Below, in pieces: positions 25,690 through 40,600 of a DNA stretch of 64,000 nucleotides. This DNA is from Octopus sinensis. Taxonomy: Eukaryota. The DNA lies in contig NC_043017.1 of NCBI RefSeq assembly GCF_006345805.1, positions 7,750,001 through 7,814,000 on the forward strand, read 5' to 3'. The notes beneath the pieces were generated by a model. It saw only the letters and a program-made list of their open reading frames with translations, had not been told where the DNA came from and did not search any database. Made by a program: the position numbers and the translations under genes. Positions within the stretch are counted from its first letter, which is position 1; each line of letters starts with the position of its first letter.

Positions 25690-26440
25690 CCTACTAAGCA
25701 CACACCAAGAAAACATTGCAGTGCACTCTCTCCTGACAAATATCACATGACTAGACCCTTAAAGTTACTACAAATACCGGGCCTTACTTTTGCTGAAAAT
25801 CTTTCCTGGTGAACACACATCCTCTACATAGCCAAAGACTAAGTCATAAAAATTGACCTCCCTCTACAGGGCCAGAACATTTTTCAGCTACCTCCACTTC
25901 AATTCCCTCACAATTATTGACCTTCAAAATCAAAACTCAAGTGAGATTCATAACAGTAGCATAGCAAGGGGTGATGCTTTTATGGGGGTGTCACTTTTGG
26001 GATAGTTGTATAAAGATGTATAGGTTTTGGGACTGGATGGCTGGGTACTTGGCGAACTCAAGATCTACCTTGGGTGACACATACTCTAGCTATGTCACTG
26101 GACCATAATTGAGTGCTACTCCCCACATCTGAGTTGGTGGAGTTGCTGCACACACAGATATCCTAGATCACAATTAAACTTGACTGATTAAAATAAAGTT
26201 ACACTTCAGTGCAATATGACTGTTGTCTCCTCTCTCTACCTTTTATATCACTACTACATTGGCTTCTGCTCTTTGAAACTAGTTGATCTGGAGCCACCAC
26301 TTCCCTGGCACTCTTGACTCACTCATCTTTCTGCTCCTTGTTACCCATATTGGGTCTGTTCCACCCAGACTTTACATTAACCTCTGTTCCCAATCCTTCA
26401 TTGTTATAAAGTCATCCCACTGGAATGTTCTACCTGCACT
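25690..26440 (+). mobile_element. LINE RT 3' fragments interrupted by a MITE
   Basis: PGLTFAENLSW*THI (25780-25830) and FYHYYIGFCSLKLVDLEPPLP (26260-26310) resemble CR1/Jockey-like C-termini. Confidence 0.55.
25954..26100. mobile_element. hAT-type MITE (147 bp)
   Basis: TIRs CAGTAGCATAGC / GCTATGTCACTG; flanks ATTCATAA / GACCATAA; reverse relative at 47734-47915. Confidence 0.6.
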
Positions 26441-26454
26441 CACCCACTGACTTG

Positions 26455-27098
26455 TTAAAGTACTGGTGTCAATGTAATTAAGGTATTCCATCCATCTAAA
26501 ATTGCTTGTCTTATGTCAAAATTTAAAACCATTATTATTATTGTTGTTGTTGTTGTTATCATCATCATCATCATCATTATTATTATTAGTATTAGTATTA
26601 AGGTGGCAAGCTGGCATAATCATTAGCATGCCAGGTGAAATGCTTAGCGGTATTTTGTTTGCCACTATATTCTGAGTTCAAATTCTCTGCCAAGGTTGAC
26701 TTTGCCTTTCATCTTTTCGAGGTCGATAAATTAAGTACCAGTTACATACTGGGGTCGATGTAATCGACTTAATCCCTTAACCCTAGATTTGCAGCCCTAT
26801 CCTTTCAGTAGAAAGGATTATTATTATTATTATTATTATTATTATTTTATTCTTATTATCATATGGCAGTCAGCTGGCAGAATCGTTAGCATTGCCAGAC
26901 AAAATGCTTAGCAGCATTTCATCCGTCTTTACATTCTGAGTTCAAATTCCTTTGAGGTTGACTTTGTCTTTCAGCCTTTTGGGGGTCAATAGAATAAGTA
27001 CTAGTCATGCACTGTGGTCAATGTAATCGTGTCTCCCCATCTCCACATAAAATTCGGGCTTTGTGTCTATAGTAGAAAGGATTATTATTATTATTATA

Positions 27099-27143
<45 letters not shown>

Positions 27144-27260
27144 ATCAAGGGTGATATATTGGCAGAATTGATAGAGTATTGAACAAAAATGATTTGCAGT
27201 ATTAAGTAATGTTTCGATTTCTAATCACTCCAGGGTCAAATTTGCCTTTCTGTCATTGGG
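26455..27260 (+). mobile_element. Second tandem cluster of about 4 family-A SINEs joined by ATT/GTT/ATC tracts
   Basis: Copies start near 26455, 26600, 26865 and 27148. Confidence 0.8.
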
Positions 27261-27391
27261 GTGGTGGGGAGCCAAGGTGTCAGTAAAATGCAGTAATTGT
27301 GTGCGCTGTAGTAGTGGTGGTGGCATTTGTATGTGTTTGTGTGTGTGTGTGTGCTGTGGTATTGTGGTGGTTGTGTGTGTAACTGTTTTTA

Positions 27392-27437
<46 letters not shown>

Positions 27438-28233
27438 CATACATACACACATATAAAGAGAGAGAGAGAGGGAGCTGTGTGTGTGTCACATGACTTCTCA
27501 TGAAACTGCTGCTGGTAATGCTGATGGAATACTTTGGAAATAGCAGCAGGACCATTACAATCATCGATGCTAAAACATCATCATAACCCACCAACATCAC
27601 CCATCATGACAACGACGACCACCACTCCTCATCACCACCACCGCCATCACTATCACCACCATCATCACACATCATCACCTATCACTACCCTTCACACCAC
27701 CATCACACTTTCAGATCTTTTGTTAGAAATAGGTGTGTATGAGTTAAAAAAAAAAAAGATGGGAGAGAGAGATCGAGCAATGAATTTTATAGTAATTATT
27801 TAATTTATTTCTTTTTTTTTCTATTTTGCTGGTTGGGTCTGAAAAAAAAACGCAAAAAAAAAAGAGCAGCAAATTTGAGTTTTCTTTTAGTTATTTCTTA
27901 TAATTGTTCTTGTTTTGTGATGGGCAGCCACTTTTTTTCCCTCTCTCTCCTAGTTTATTAAAGCAACTTGTGCTGCATTTGACAGCACACACCACATGAT
28001 CTAAATGAATGAATCACTTTGGTCGGTACATATTTCACTGACAGCCAGTCACTGGACAATAGTGATCATTGCATGTGTGTGCATGTGTGTGTACACACAC
28101 ATGCACACACATTAAATAGTGCATATAATGTTTGTTGTTTTATAAATAATTAGTGCTTAAAATGTTTAATACTGTTGTTATATACACCAACAATGATATA
28201 CACGCATACATCCATACATATACTTATTCTATA

Positions 28234-28283
<50 letters not shown>

Positions 28284-29711
28284 TATACTTACTTCATATA
28301 TATATATATATATATACATACATACACACACATAGATATATATACACACACATACACTTATGCTTATGTATATAAATGCACAACACGCAACACCATCACC
28401 TGGTCTACAGGTGCCTTTGCGGAGTCCTCTCTGTTCATACCAGATATCTGGTCTGTGGTCAGATTTCCTCCCGTCAGTCTTGGAGTCCCTGACAAAGGTC
28501 ACGGATGCTGTCCTTCTTCCTCCAACCAGCCCACACATATATGTGTGTGTGTGTGTGTGTGTGTATGAGACTGTGAGACAGGTATCGATATCATAGGATT
28601 GACAACGTTTAGATTTTTGTCTGTTAACATGGAAGTATTAGTAGTGGTACTACAACTACTACTACTACTACTACTACTACAAGTAGTTGTAGAATAGGTA
28701 TAACTGGGATGATGATGATGATGATGATGGATATGAAATACTGATGGGATCACTCAATCAATCAATATCATATTTGCACCAGAATATTATGTAGTCATTG
28801 TTTTTACAATACACAACCACACACACACACGCACATGCACACAAACACATGCATACATACACACACACACACACACACGTTATTGATTTTCTGTGGCTAG
28901 TCACAAGGACAGTATTTTTTTTATTTCTTTTTATTTTGTAAAGATGATTATAGTTGACAGTACTGTCTCAGTAAATTACTGGTATTTATTTTATCACTTC
29001 CCCCCACTCCTAGGTGTCATATAATATGTCAACAAATGTGTTTGTATTTATTGATCTGTAATATTTGGCATCAGACCCACCATCGCCACATATTTCTTGT
29101 GGGGTGAGGGGTGCTGTAGATTATGTTGGGGCTATAGGCTATCGAATTGCAGTGACCCCCCTCCACACACACACACACACGTGCAATATAACCCTAGGAA
29201 CTTTTGTTGAAGTCTGGCAGGATGATAGGAAAATGTTGACCCACTGACTATTGCTGGATTTCAATTCAAGATGCAGAAACATAAAACGAAACCCAACACA
29301 GCTGCCTTATAGTATATATGTCATCATCATTCATAATTTAAATTTTAACGTCCACTTTCCCATGTTTGCATGGGTCAGATTGAGTTTACTGAGGCAGATT
29401 TATCTATAGCTGGATGCCTTTCCTGTTCCCAAGCTAGGCAATATTTCCCCATGGCCAGACATGTTTTCACTGAATATTAGAAAGGGACGACATTCATTTA
29501 CAACAATCACCTGATATCAAGTCAAGGAAATACAAACGTATGTATGCATTCACACACATGCATATACACATATATGTATACAATGGGATTCTATCAGTTT
29601 CCATCAACCAAATCTACTCACAAGACTTTAGTCAGTCAAGGCTACAGTATAAGACAATTGCCCAAGGTGCCACACAGTGGGATTGAACACAAAATTATGT
29701 GGTTGTGAAAC

Positions 29712-29826
<115 letters not shown>

Positions 29827-29892
29827 ATATAATACAAAATTAGAAAATGGAGAAACATACTTAAATCAATCAAACATCAACCATATATATAT

Positions 29893-29990
<98 letters not shown>

Positions 29991-32269
29991 CATACATATA
30001 CGTTTATCAATTTGAACTGTAGCTTTTTTTTCGGGTCTTAGGACAGCAGCAGCACAATGGGGTGAGAAGATGGGGCTGAAGGGAAGGCTACACTGCTGTT
30101 AAAAACTGACACACACAAGCATACACACACACACACCAAGTCAGTGGGGTGGCATCATTTGAAAGCTACAACAATGTGAAGAAGCACATTGTAACCAGTG
30201 GTGTATTGCATCATCTGATTGTCTGGTCAATACAGTGATATATATACACACACACACACATATATATATTGGCAAAAAAGGATAGCTTTGATGAGAAAAT
30301 CAATAAACTGATGCTTTTGATTGAAATCTCTTGTGATATTTGTTCTGTCTGAGTTGGTCAGATTTTCCTTTGTCACTCTCGCTGTCACAAATGCAAAGAA
30401 TCACTTGGAGACCGATCGTAAATGACACTGTTGTTCACAAATGTCTGTCCAGTTGTTTAACATCTTTTTTTTACCATGCTGGCATGGCTTGGTTGCCTGG
30501 ATGAGAAATTTATTTGAGGCGAGATTTTACAACTGGATGCTCTTCCTGTTGCCAACTGTCACCTGTTTTTTAGGTAAGGGAATTTTTATATCCCAGAGAT
30601 TTTTTAAAGTGAATGAATGTCAACATTAGCATCACTTTGCTCAAATTCATGCCCACACACACACATACACATTCTGTGTGTGTGACTTAATACAGTCTTC
30701 ATCTACCAAATGCCCCTACAAGGTTTTGGTTGGCTCAGGGTTGCAGTAAGAAGACCCATAAGATACCATGCTGTGGGACCGAACTCGAAACCGAGATGGG
30801 GTTTTTCACTCTCATGGAAGTAACTGATTGTGGTCAGGTCTGGAAAGGGATGAACTCTGCCAGATTTAGAATATTCAACACATGCAGTATATCGAGACAA
30901 TGCCCCTACAACTTCATCAAAAGCTGAGGGCCCAAGGTAAAGCAGTTCAAGAATAGAAGTTGTTGTTTAAATCTGATTCAGACCTTATTGAGCAGATCTA
31001 TGATCTAAAGAATTTAAACTGTGATCACCTTATTTTTTTCCACTTAGACTATATTATTTAATGCATTCTTTTTTAAGACTTTAGTGCATGGGTTTGAGGA
31101 AGATTTGGCTGTTATATCTAGCAGGAGTAACTATGGGAAGCTTTGTCATTGATTTGTTGACTAAAACTCTTTGAGGCAATGTCCCAGAATAGTTGCAGTC
31201 CAATGATTGAAACAAGCAAACGATAAAAGATAGTTTATCTAGGACCACATTATCCAATGTCCTTCCTTTTTAAAATGGTAGTGTCTGATTTTATGAGAAG
31301 TATGGCTGCTGTTTTTTGCAGGCAAGCCAAGTGACCATCTAGAAGCTCTCTTGATGGCTCTTAATCATACCAAAGCAGTCTTTGTAAGATATGCACATTC
31401 AACATCTTATCCCTTCTTCCATTACTCTGCCTTTATTTTCTCATTTATTTTTGTTTCCATAGTTACATCACCCTCCTTCCTGCCCTGCTCCCTGCTATCT
31501 CTTCATCATCATTAGAACCCTTGTTTCATTTCCTGTCCTCTTTCTGAGACAGTCACATGATAATAGTGTTTGTAATTGACCACAGAAATTGCCTTCTTTG
31601 CCGCAGTGTCCATACATGTATCAACAATTTCTCAACATGTCATTGACAACCTTGTCATCAAGAATGTGTCAGTGACATGTCAACACGGATTTAAAACTGG
31701 AAACATCAAAACAATGAGGGAAATAATTTTTTTTAAATGTTTGGAAATGAATGAAATTATATTTTCATATTTTAAATTAATCAAAACAAAGAAAAAATAG
31801 CAAAAAAAAAAATGCACAATCCTCATGTAATTACTGCTCTAACTACAAACTATAATTGGAATTGACAATTTTCTTTAACTTTGTCCATTATTTCAAATCT
31901 CCTGTAATCGGGACATAGCAGAGTAATTAAGTTTTCTACTAAACCATGATGTTCTTGGTTCAGTCCCACTGCATGGAATCTTAGGAAATTATCTTCTTCA
32001 ATAGTCAAGGATCAACCTAAGTATTGTGAACAAATTAAATAGATGGTAATTGTGTGAAATCCAATTAGGTGAACTGTACTTGCATTTTATAACATTTGTA
32101 CCATTTAAGCAGCCATAACTTAAAAACTCATAAATTAAAGACAGGGCTTACATTGTTTGTTGTATCGTAGGAGGGTCATTATACTAATAGTAAGTACATG
32201 CACTGATTCTGTTTCACTTCTTTAGTTATTATTAGCCAATTTCTTAGCATTTAACCAAATAACTAGCAA

Positions 32270-32515
32270 GTTTGTTTGATTAATTGTTTGGACAATCAAT
32301 CAGTCAGCTAGCTTTGTCAAAGTCATTGACTGATTGTTTAACTGACCAAATGATTAATCAAATAATCAATTAGTTAATTAGGTAAATGTTAATGAATTAA
32401 CTAATGATAATGCTAAAAGAAGTGAAATAGAACCAGTGTGTGTGTTTATTATTGGCATAATAACTCTTCAAAGACACAAAATTATTCAACTTGATTCATC
32501 CAAGTTCATGATTAT
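32270..32515. repeat. Family-F dispersed repeat
   Basis: Same-orientation similarity to 53580-53800 (AAAGAAGTGA...ACCA.TG..TGTG.TTATTATTGGC.TA). Confidence 0.55.
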
Positions 32516-32585
32516 TATCAAAAATTAATTTGAACATAGACAATGTGTATTATATCTTAAGAAATAAGGTCACAAAAAGGTGTAA

Positions 32586-32788
32586 CCCTTTAGAATTTAA
32601 AGCCTCCATATCTGGCTCAAATATTCTACCTGTTTTATGTTCAAACTGGCCTCTTACACCTATCCTAAAATGTCATTCCAAAAATATAATCATCCAAATT
32701 TCAAAACTGTGAGGTAATGCATGATTAATTGAAAACACTTTGAATAAATAAGCATTATATTTGACAGAGCAATCTGAATGCTAAAGGG
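32586..32788. mobile_element. piggyBac-type MITE, inverted relative to 33812-34031
   Basis: GTAA|CCCTTTAGAATT ... AATGCTAAAGGG|TTAA. Confidence 0.8.
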
Positions 32789-33566
32789 TTAAGGGGTTGT
32801 TGGATTATTGATCCCAAGGTTATGAGTTCCAACTTTGCTACAGTTGTTATATTTTGCCCCCTGAGCAAGTCGCATAATTCCAGATGCTTCAGTTTGCTTG
32901 ACTGCTGGCACAACAGAGTCTCCACTTAACTTTATGGTTGAATGATTAGCAGTGAGAAAGACATCTGGCTTTAAAAGCAATTGTTCCAATAGATAAATGA
33001 AATCATTTCCCATTTTTCCCTGATTTTAGAATCAAACAGAGAGGGAATCAATAATGAATCTATTGTGTAATAGCCTTGAGATCTTTCTGATCTTTCTGGC
33101 TATCAATTCCAGCCATTTGATAAAGTTCTCATCACATTTCTTTAGACAATCACTTGAGTATAATGATATATATCTTTCTTAGTTTGGCTGCATCGTTTCA
33201 TAGCCTTGCTAAAAAAAGAAAACCCCACCACCACCACCACCACTGCCACTACCATCACCTCCATCACCACCAACATTGTTGTTGTTGTCATCATTTTAAT
33301 ACCCACTTGTCCATGTTTGTATGGGTCAAGCAGAATTTGTTGAGGGAGATTTCCTACAGCTGGATGCCCTTCCTCTCACCAACCCACACTGGTTTCCAAG
33401 CAAAATAATATTTACCCATAGCCAGACAATTCTTTTCATGGCAGATTGGGAGTGAAGGACATCCCTTGTATGATGGTAACATTTGTTTACAAATATCACA
33501 AGATGTCCAGACAAGGAGACACTTCCCCATACACACACAAACACACACACACCAGACACACACACA

Positions 33567-33610
<44 letters not shown>

Positions 33611-33811
33611 GCATGTTTATATAGTTATTATATTTACATACCTCCTCGTTCCTTTCAAAAGTTCTTGTATTTTTTCCTTCCATTTGCTGTTATTTTAGAT
33701 TTAGAAAATCTAAAAATGTTAAAGAACTTGGGGAAATCATTGTTACAAATTGAACATGAAGGAACTTTGATGAAACATTTATAGAGGAAAAAAAAAAGAT
33801 TAGCTTTTTAA

Positions 33812-34031
33812 CCCTTTAGCATTTGGATTCCTCTGTCAAATGTAATGTTTATTTATTTACATTGTTTTGAATTAATCATGCATTATCTTATAGCTTTGAG
33901 ATTTAGACTATGTGATTGTTTATTTTTAGAATGACATTGTTGGGTAGGTGTGAGAGGCCAGATCTGGTTAATTTGAGCTTAAAACAGGTAGAATATTTGG
34001 GCTGGATATGGATGGTTTGAATGCTAAAGGG
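33812..34031. mobile_element. piggyBac-type MITE (220 bp)
   Basis: TTAA|CCCTTTAGCATT ... AATGCTAAAGGG|TTAA, perfect 12-bp TIR. Confidence 0.88.
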
Positions 34032-35430
34032 TTAAACTCTAATGTATCCTTACTAGGCGCACATGTATGCATGTGCACACACACACACACACACGCATGC
34101 TCACACATACATGCACACACATATATTCAGATATGCACACATGTTCATACACTGACCCACACACATGCATCAAAACACATTCATAATATTTTCCGATAGT
34201 TTTATTAATTCCAGCAACACCAATTATTATCCTTTGTAGAGTCCAGTTTTATTGTTATTATCGGTTCTTTTGTTTTGTTTATTGTATTCAAAAGTGAAAC
34301 AGACTCAATATTGTGGAGTTAATTAACGTCTGTATAGTCATATGTCTGAAATGTATGATTGTGTATGAATGAACCAACAAAGAGACTGTATGCTCTACTT
34401 GCTAGAAATAGCAACCACATCTCCCTCAAATCACCTCTTACCCTCAATTGAAAGAACACATTGAATAATGTGGCTTGAATGCACAATGTGTGAGTGAAAG
34501 GTGGGATGGTCATGGCTGGTACATTTTTGATTATAGGTTTGCTCAATCAAAGCTGATTTGAGGCCAAACAACAACATCACCATCACCAACTTTAAGCATA
34601 AAATGAACAAACACTGTAGTTATTTAATTACAAACTTTCATACTTTTATGATATTTCAGAAATAACCTAAGTAACTTGTAGGTGCAGGCCTTGCAGTGTG
34701 AGTAAGAAAGCCATTTTGCAACCAGATAATTTTGGGTTCAATTCCTCTCCATGGGTCTTTAGTCAAGCGTCTTCTACCATAGCCTGACACTTCTGAAATA
34801 ACTTTAATCTTGAATAACTTGTGTCTTCTACCATAGCATCAGGTGTACCCAAGCCTTGTGAGTGAAATTGGGTAGAAGGAAACTGTGTGGTAGCCTGCTG
34901 AATTGACCAAACCAGTTCTTGGATGGCAGACTAAATCTATTTCATGGTTTAACACCATCACCTGAAGAGGATGCTTTTAGTGGTGTCTGGTTCATTGTAT
35001 ACATTCACGCCAAATGTCTGGTCTTAGTGGAGATCTCCCCCATCCTTCTACCCACACTTCTTTTCTGTAAATCTCAGAGGCCCTGCAATAAAGGTCAAGA
35101 GCATTGTCTTTCTTTCTCTAATGAAACAGTGAAAAAAAAACCCCTCAAAAACCGAACCTATCCTCCCCGCAAATAAAAGCATTGGCCACCCATCTAATGT
35201 TGGGTGACCTGAATGGAATACGGATCTTTCTCTCTCTTGATCATCATTGCTATTTTGTATTTGCTCTTTATATCAGGACGGGCCTCAAGTTCATCGTAGT
35301 TTAAATCAAGGCTTATTTAGAGTTACTACAATCCTAGACATGTCAGGGGACCATGTCTCATTCCCTTTTGGTATGGTTTCTGCAGCTGGATGCTCTTCCT
35401 AACACCAACCACTCTACAGTGTATACTAGA

Positions 35431-35745
35431 TGCATTTTATTGTGACCCAGCACAAGTGAGGTTGTTCTTGTCTTTGATAAACCTGAAGGGTCCTCTTAAT
35501 CCTATGTTGTCTCTCCTTGTTTGCTAACCACATCACAGAGATTAACTGCAGCAATTTTATTGTAGTACCAGCACCAGTGAAGTTGTCACATCCTTGACAA
35601 GACTAAAGGGTCCTCTGAATTCTATGTTGTCTCCCCTTGTTTGCCAACCACTTTAACGAGAGCATTTAATGGTGGCACCAACACCAGTGAGGCTGCCTTG
35701 TATTCTACAAGACCAAAGAGTTCTCACTACTTAACATTGTTTCTG
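35431..35745. repeat. About 2.5 tandem units of 110-120 bp within or adjacent to a family-C element
   Basis: ATTTTATTGT...CAGCAC.AGTGA...AAGGGTCCTCT...CTATGTTGTCTC.CCTTGTTTGC.AACCAC recurs at 35431, 35551 and (partially) 35661. Confidence 0.7.
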
Positions 35746-38700
35746 TTCATTGAAGGCAACATGACCAAGAGGGTGAACAGAAGAGAGGACAATGACAGAT
35801 GAACTTCTTTATGTCTGGCCATCATATTTTCAATGTTTAATAAAGTCACCATTGTTATTACATATTCAATTTTCAATAACATAATTGAACTCTATCTATA
35901 TTCAATGTGTTTGAAGCTGATATTAAGAGGGTAGTTCATAGTCTCTTTTACAAATATTGAAAAGACCAATATCAGTTTGGTCAGTTGGAGGTCCAGTCAA
36001 TCATTTTGGCTAAATCTCAAAAGCTGTCATCTTATATAAATTACACACGAGACTGGCCTAATGAAAAACAAGGGTGGAAAATAATTCTTCTTCACCAAAT
36101 GCCACCCCATTCCTCACCTGCCAATTCTTTTGTTGTTGATGTTGTTGTTTGTGGTTTTGAAATACCACTTTTCTTTTCTTCTGACCCCTCCTTATTCTCT
36201 TCCCACTTTCTCTTCTTCTTTTTTCCATCTTTCTATAGTACCTAAGTATGAGTGTGTTTGTGTGTTAATTACACACATACACACTTTGTTGCTCTCTCTT
36301 TGGTTATACGAGTAGACAGTACAACTTCTACAGCAGTAACTATCTCTGTTACCATCACTACTACCACTACTACTAATATCACCACCACTGCAATACTACT
36401 ATTGTACAACTCTCTGCCATTCTTCAGGAATAAGGAGTGGTTCTCAGTAGTTCTAATGTTGAGCTACTTCTATCTGCTGTTTTTCTCTGGCTTTTACCAT
36501 TCTAACATTGATATCATGATATCAGTCAATTGATATCTCCATGTATGTGTGTGTAAATTATATAGAGGGTAGTATATTGATATTTATACAACACATAAAT
36601 GGTATGTTATCATCAACACAACTATCACCAACAACCAACAACAGCAACACCATCACCACCATGACGCCAGCCCTTCCACCCCTGCGTTATAGGTCCAACT
36701 CCTCTCAGGTTTGACCTTTCTATGTCATCTTACACTTTCCTTGGTGTTCCTCTGAAACAGACACTTTTTCTCCCCCCCTCATACACATACAGCCTCTTCC
36801 TCCTTCACTTTTCAAACAGTGCTCTCTACCATCTAAATCATTGTTTTAGCTCTCCTCATCTAAAGGAATCAATCATTTTAAAACTTATTTTTCGATTGGT
36901 TTCTCAGTAGTGATTTTATTTAACCTTGGGTCAGTTCTGGTCAAGAAGATTTAAGAGAGGCATTCCAATTATGTCCATCCTGACTTTTTTTCCCCAGACA
37001 TAAGTTATCTAGGAATTATATTATTCAACGTAACCACCTCTTTTTTTTTTGTTTTTAACAGTCGGATGTTATTTAGAAGATTTAGTTGCTATTTCACAGA
37101 GGTCAAGTAAACATGTAGTGACCCTTTCACTAGCTCAAATGGCTTCTAGTTGTTGTTTAGCCATAGGACAGTTCTGATCACGCAAACTTGTGATCAAAGA
37201 CATTCCATCCACAACCAGATTCCATCCTCAATGTAAGGAGGCTGTAGTTGCACAGAAACCTGTGTTCTAATAAGCAGATAACATTGCACTGTCTGTGTCT
37301 CTTCTTCACATATGGTTGGCCACTGGCTTCTCTGAGAGGCTACTCTGTCCTTTGACAAATTTATTATAAAGTGTGGTTGGTAAGTGGTTGATGACAACAT
37401 TGGGTAGAGAAGATTGCTGGGGACAAGGTTACCTCTTTAGTGCTTGTGCTGTGATGGAACATACCTAGTTCAATCTGTAGAGTGGTTAGTGAACAAATTA
37501 AGAAATGCAGAGAGAATTCTTCAGTCTTAATGGGAACAAGGTAATCTATTCAGTGCTGATGCCATGATAAAATCTACTCAGTTGGTAAAAGGAAAGCCAT
37601 CCAGTGATAGAAATCATGCCAAAAATAGAATCTGTGAGGTGGGATATCTGCTCTGACCCATCTAGGAAGGTAGTAATTTCAAATAAGAACTGGCTTAGGC
37701 TGTGATGAATCAAACTTCTGCCAGCATGGAGAAGTGGACATATAATGTTTATGATAATATCCTTCCTTTTCTTCTTTTTCTTTTTTAAGACATTATGGCA
37801 TAATTTGTGGGATACATAGCTGCTCTTTCTATCAAAGCAAGTGAACATGTAGTGGCTTCTTCATGGGCTCACCTAGTTTCTAGTAGAATATTATGACTGC
37901 GTTCACTTAAAACAATATTTTATAACTACTTAAAGCATCAGTTCCTCGCAATAATGACATCTGTGTAGAAGATATTTATATCAGAATTTCACTGAAGATA
38001 TTTAGGTTTTGTAGAATGTTTATTTTAATAAATTTTATTATCAGACTGTAAGTCCAATAATACTGTGAGATAATGTTAATATCATTGAGCTGTGTAAATG
38101 TGTATGTGTATGCATGTGTATATGCATATGCATGTAAGTCTGCATGAGTGTATATATATGTATGTGTGTTAGGTATATAAATAACTGTCAGTAAATCTGC
38201 TTTCTACGAATCCATAATGTTAAGTAACGTCAGCAAAATGAAAATATCTGAGAAACAATAGAAGAGATATTTTTCTCTTTTAATACTTCCTCTTCTTCTC
38301 TATTCCCATTGATATCTTGTTTCTACTTCACCAAGATGTCTTCTAATTAACTTATTTTAAAATCATAATTCCCCATTCTCTATCAGGCTTTATGTACGCA
38401 AATAACAATTGGATTTGTTTTTAACAAAGGACAAGGTTAGTTTTGTTAATGGAAGTGGCGTACAGGCTGCAAGGTCAGGTCTAATCCATTACCCAATCTG
38501 ATACCATCACCTGGCCCTTGAATACCTTCACTGGAACCCATCAGCTCTTTTGAAGGCTTTCAATCCAGGGTTTTTCGATTTTCCCTCTCTTTTTATTGCA
38601 AGTCATGTATGTAGTTATGCCTGTGTAGTTGAGATGTTTGCTTTACAACTGTGACTTTAGGTTTGATCTCATTGTATGGCTCCTGGAGCCAATGTTTTTT

Positions 38701-39104
38701 AACAGTCTGTGATCCACCAAAATAGTGTGAGTAAAATTTTATATAAGGTAACTCTATGGATGCCTGTTTGAAGGGGCCCGTCCCTTTTGTGGGTGCTAGA
38801 CTTAATTTGTTTCATATAACTCTATCACTTGGCTATCGGGCAAGAATTCGACAAGCAAAAGGTCAGGTCTCTGATTTTTTTCTTCTCTTTCAGTTACCAG
38901 TTTTGAACGTCCTGCAAAAAGGGTTATAGACCCTGACCTCCCCACTCTGACTAAACCATAAAAAACTGAAGTGTGAAACTCTCACTGGACTATCATTGCC
39001 ACCACTAGATTCAGTTATTAATCTATGTCCCACTGAGGGTGGCCCATTGGAATAATTTATAGGGTTTTGGACAGTACACCTTGTAGATGATAAAAAAAAA
39101 ATAA

Positions 39105-39490
39105 AGTTAGTAGCTGTGTGGTAAGAAGCTTGTTTACCAATTGCATGGTCTTGGGTTCAATTCCATTGTAAGCATGTTGGGTAAGTGTCTTCTGCTATAG
39201 GCTCAAGCAAAGCCTTGTGCCTTATAAGTGGATTTGGTAGACAGAAACCGAAAGAGGCCTGTTGTATAATATATGTGTGTGTGTGTTTCTGTTTGTGGTT
39301 GTTCCTCCTCCTCCCTCAACAACCAGTGTTGATTTGTTTACATCCCCATAACTTAACAGTTTGGCAAACAGAGACTGGTAGAATAAGTACCAAGTTTCAA
39401 AATAAGTCCTGGGGCTGATTTGTTTTACTAAAGCGTACAAGATGGTGCTCCAGCATGGCTTTATTTGCCTGAAACAAATAAAAGGTAAAA
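39105..39490 (+). mobile_element. Family-B SINE
   Basis: Head, core and 3' end all recognisable. Confidence 0.75.
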
Positions 39491-40091
39491 ATATTTAGGG
39501 AAGGTGGGTGCAGGGAATGTTGTGTGGATGTAGTCTGTTTTCTTGGAGTATTAACAGCTCAAGTGAAGTGACTCTAATTGGGAATTGAAATCAAGACCTC
39601 AACACAGTTCTTCAGGAATTTCATTTGTCAATGGACATTGATGATGATGATGATAATTAGAAAGAGGGAATGACATAAAATAGAAGGGATGCAAGTTTTT
39701 CTTATCCTGGATCATGGCTCGTGGTTTGATGGGAAACATAATTTAACTTGTCCTTTCTACAATAGATACAAAGCCTGAAAGTTTTTTTGGTAGGGAGCTT
39801 AGTCAATTACATCAACCCCAGTGCTTGGCTGGTATTTATTTTATTGATCCTGAAGGATGAAAGTCGACCTTGGCAAACTCACAAAAGTTACATGGAGCCA
39901 AACCAAACTGCTATTAAATAATGTATGTAACTCCCATGAAATGTGTTGAGTGCCACTTGCTTTTGTTTGTCCGCTGACTCATAAATATGTATATATAAAC
40001 CATTATTAAAACAAACAAGAAATATTGCAGAAGAAATAAATGAAACTGAAAATGCCCAGGAAAAAATATAGAATGAAGACTTATTTACATT

Positions 40092-40141
<50 letters not shown>

Positions 40142-40374
40142 AAACTGAGTATTACCATTCTGGTTGATATCTTTTTCAAGTGTTATGTGGAACTATATCA
40201 CAAACTGTATCTTTTCTGACCCTTCTAAAAATTATTTTTATAGAGACAATGTAGCTCAGATCACTATCAGTTAGCATACAGATTGATTGGTTGAGGATGG
40301 TTATGTGTGTGTGTGTGTGGTGTGTGTGTGTGTGTGTGCATGCGTGTATAGATAATGTATATTATATATATATA

Positions 40375-40477
40375 TATTTATACATTTTGTTTAGAAACTA
40401 ACATTTGTGAGCATTTGTATGTGTATATACATGTATATGTGTATATACAGAAACACAAATGTTATACATACATGTGA

Positions 40478-40567
<90 letters not shown>

Positions 40568-40568
40568 T

Positions 40569-40600
<32 letters not shown>

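Noticed and set aside
23690-27260. Regularly spaced repeats as a CRISPR-like array
   Set aside because: Eukaryotic DNA; the units are ~200-bp SINE copies of variable length with microsatellite tails, and there are no cas genes.
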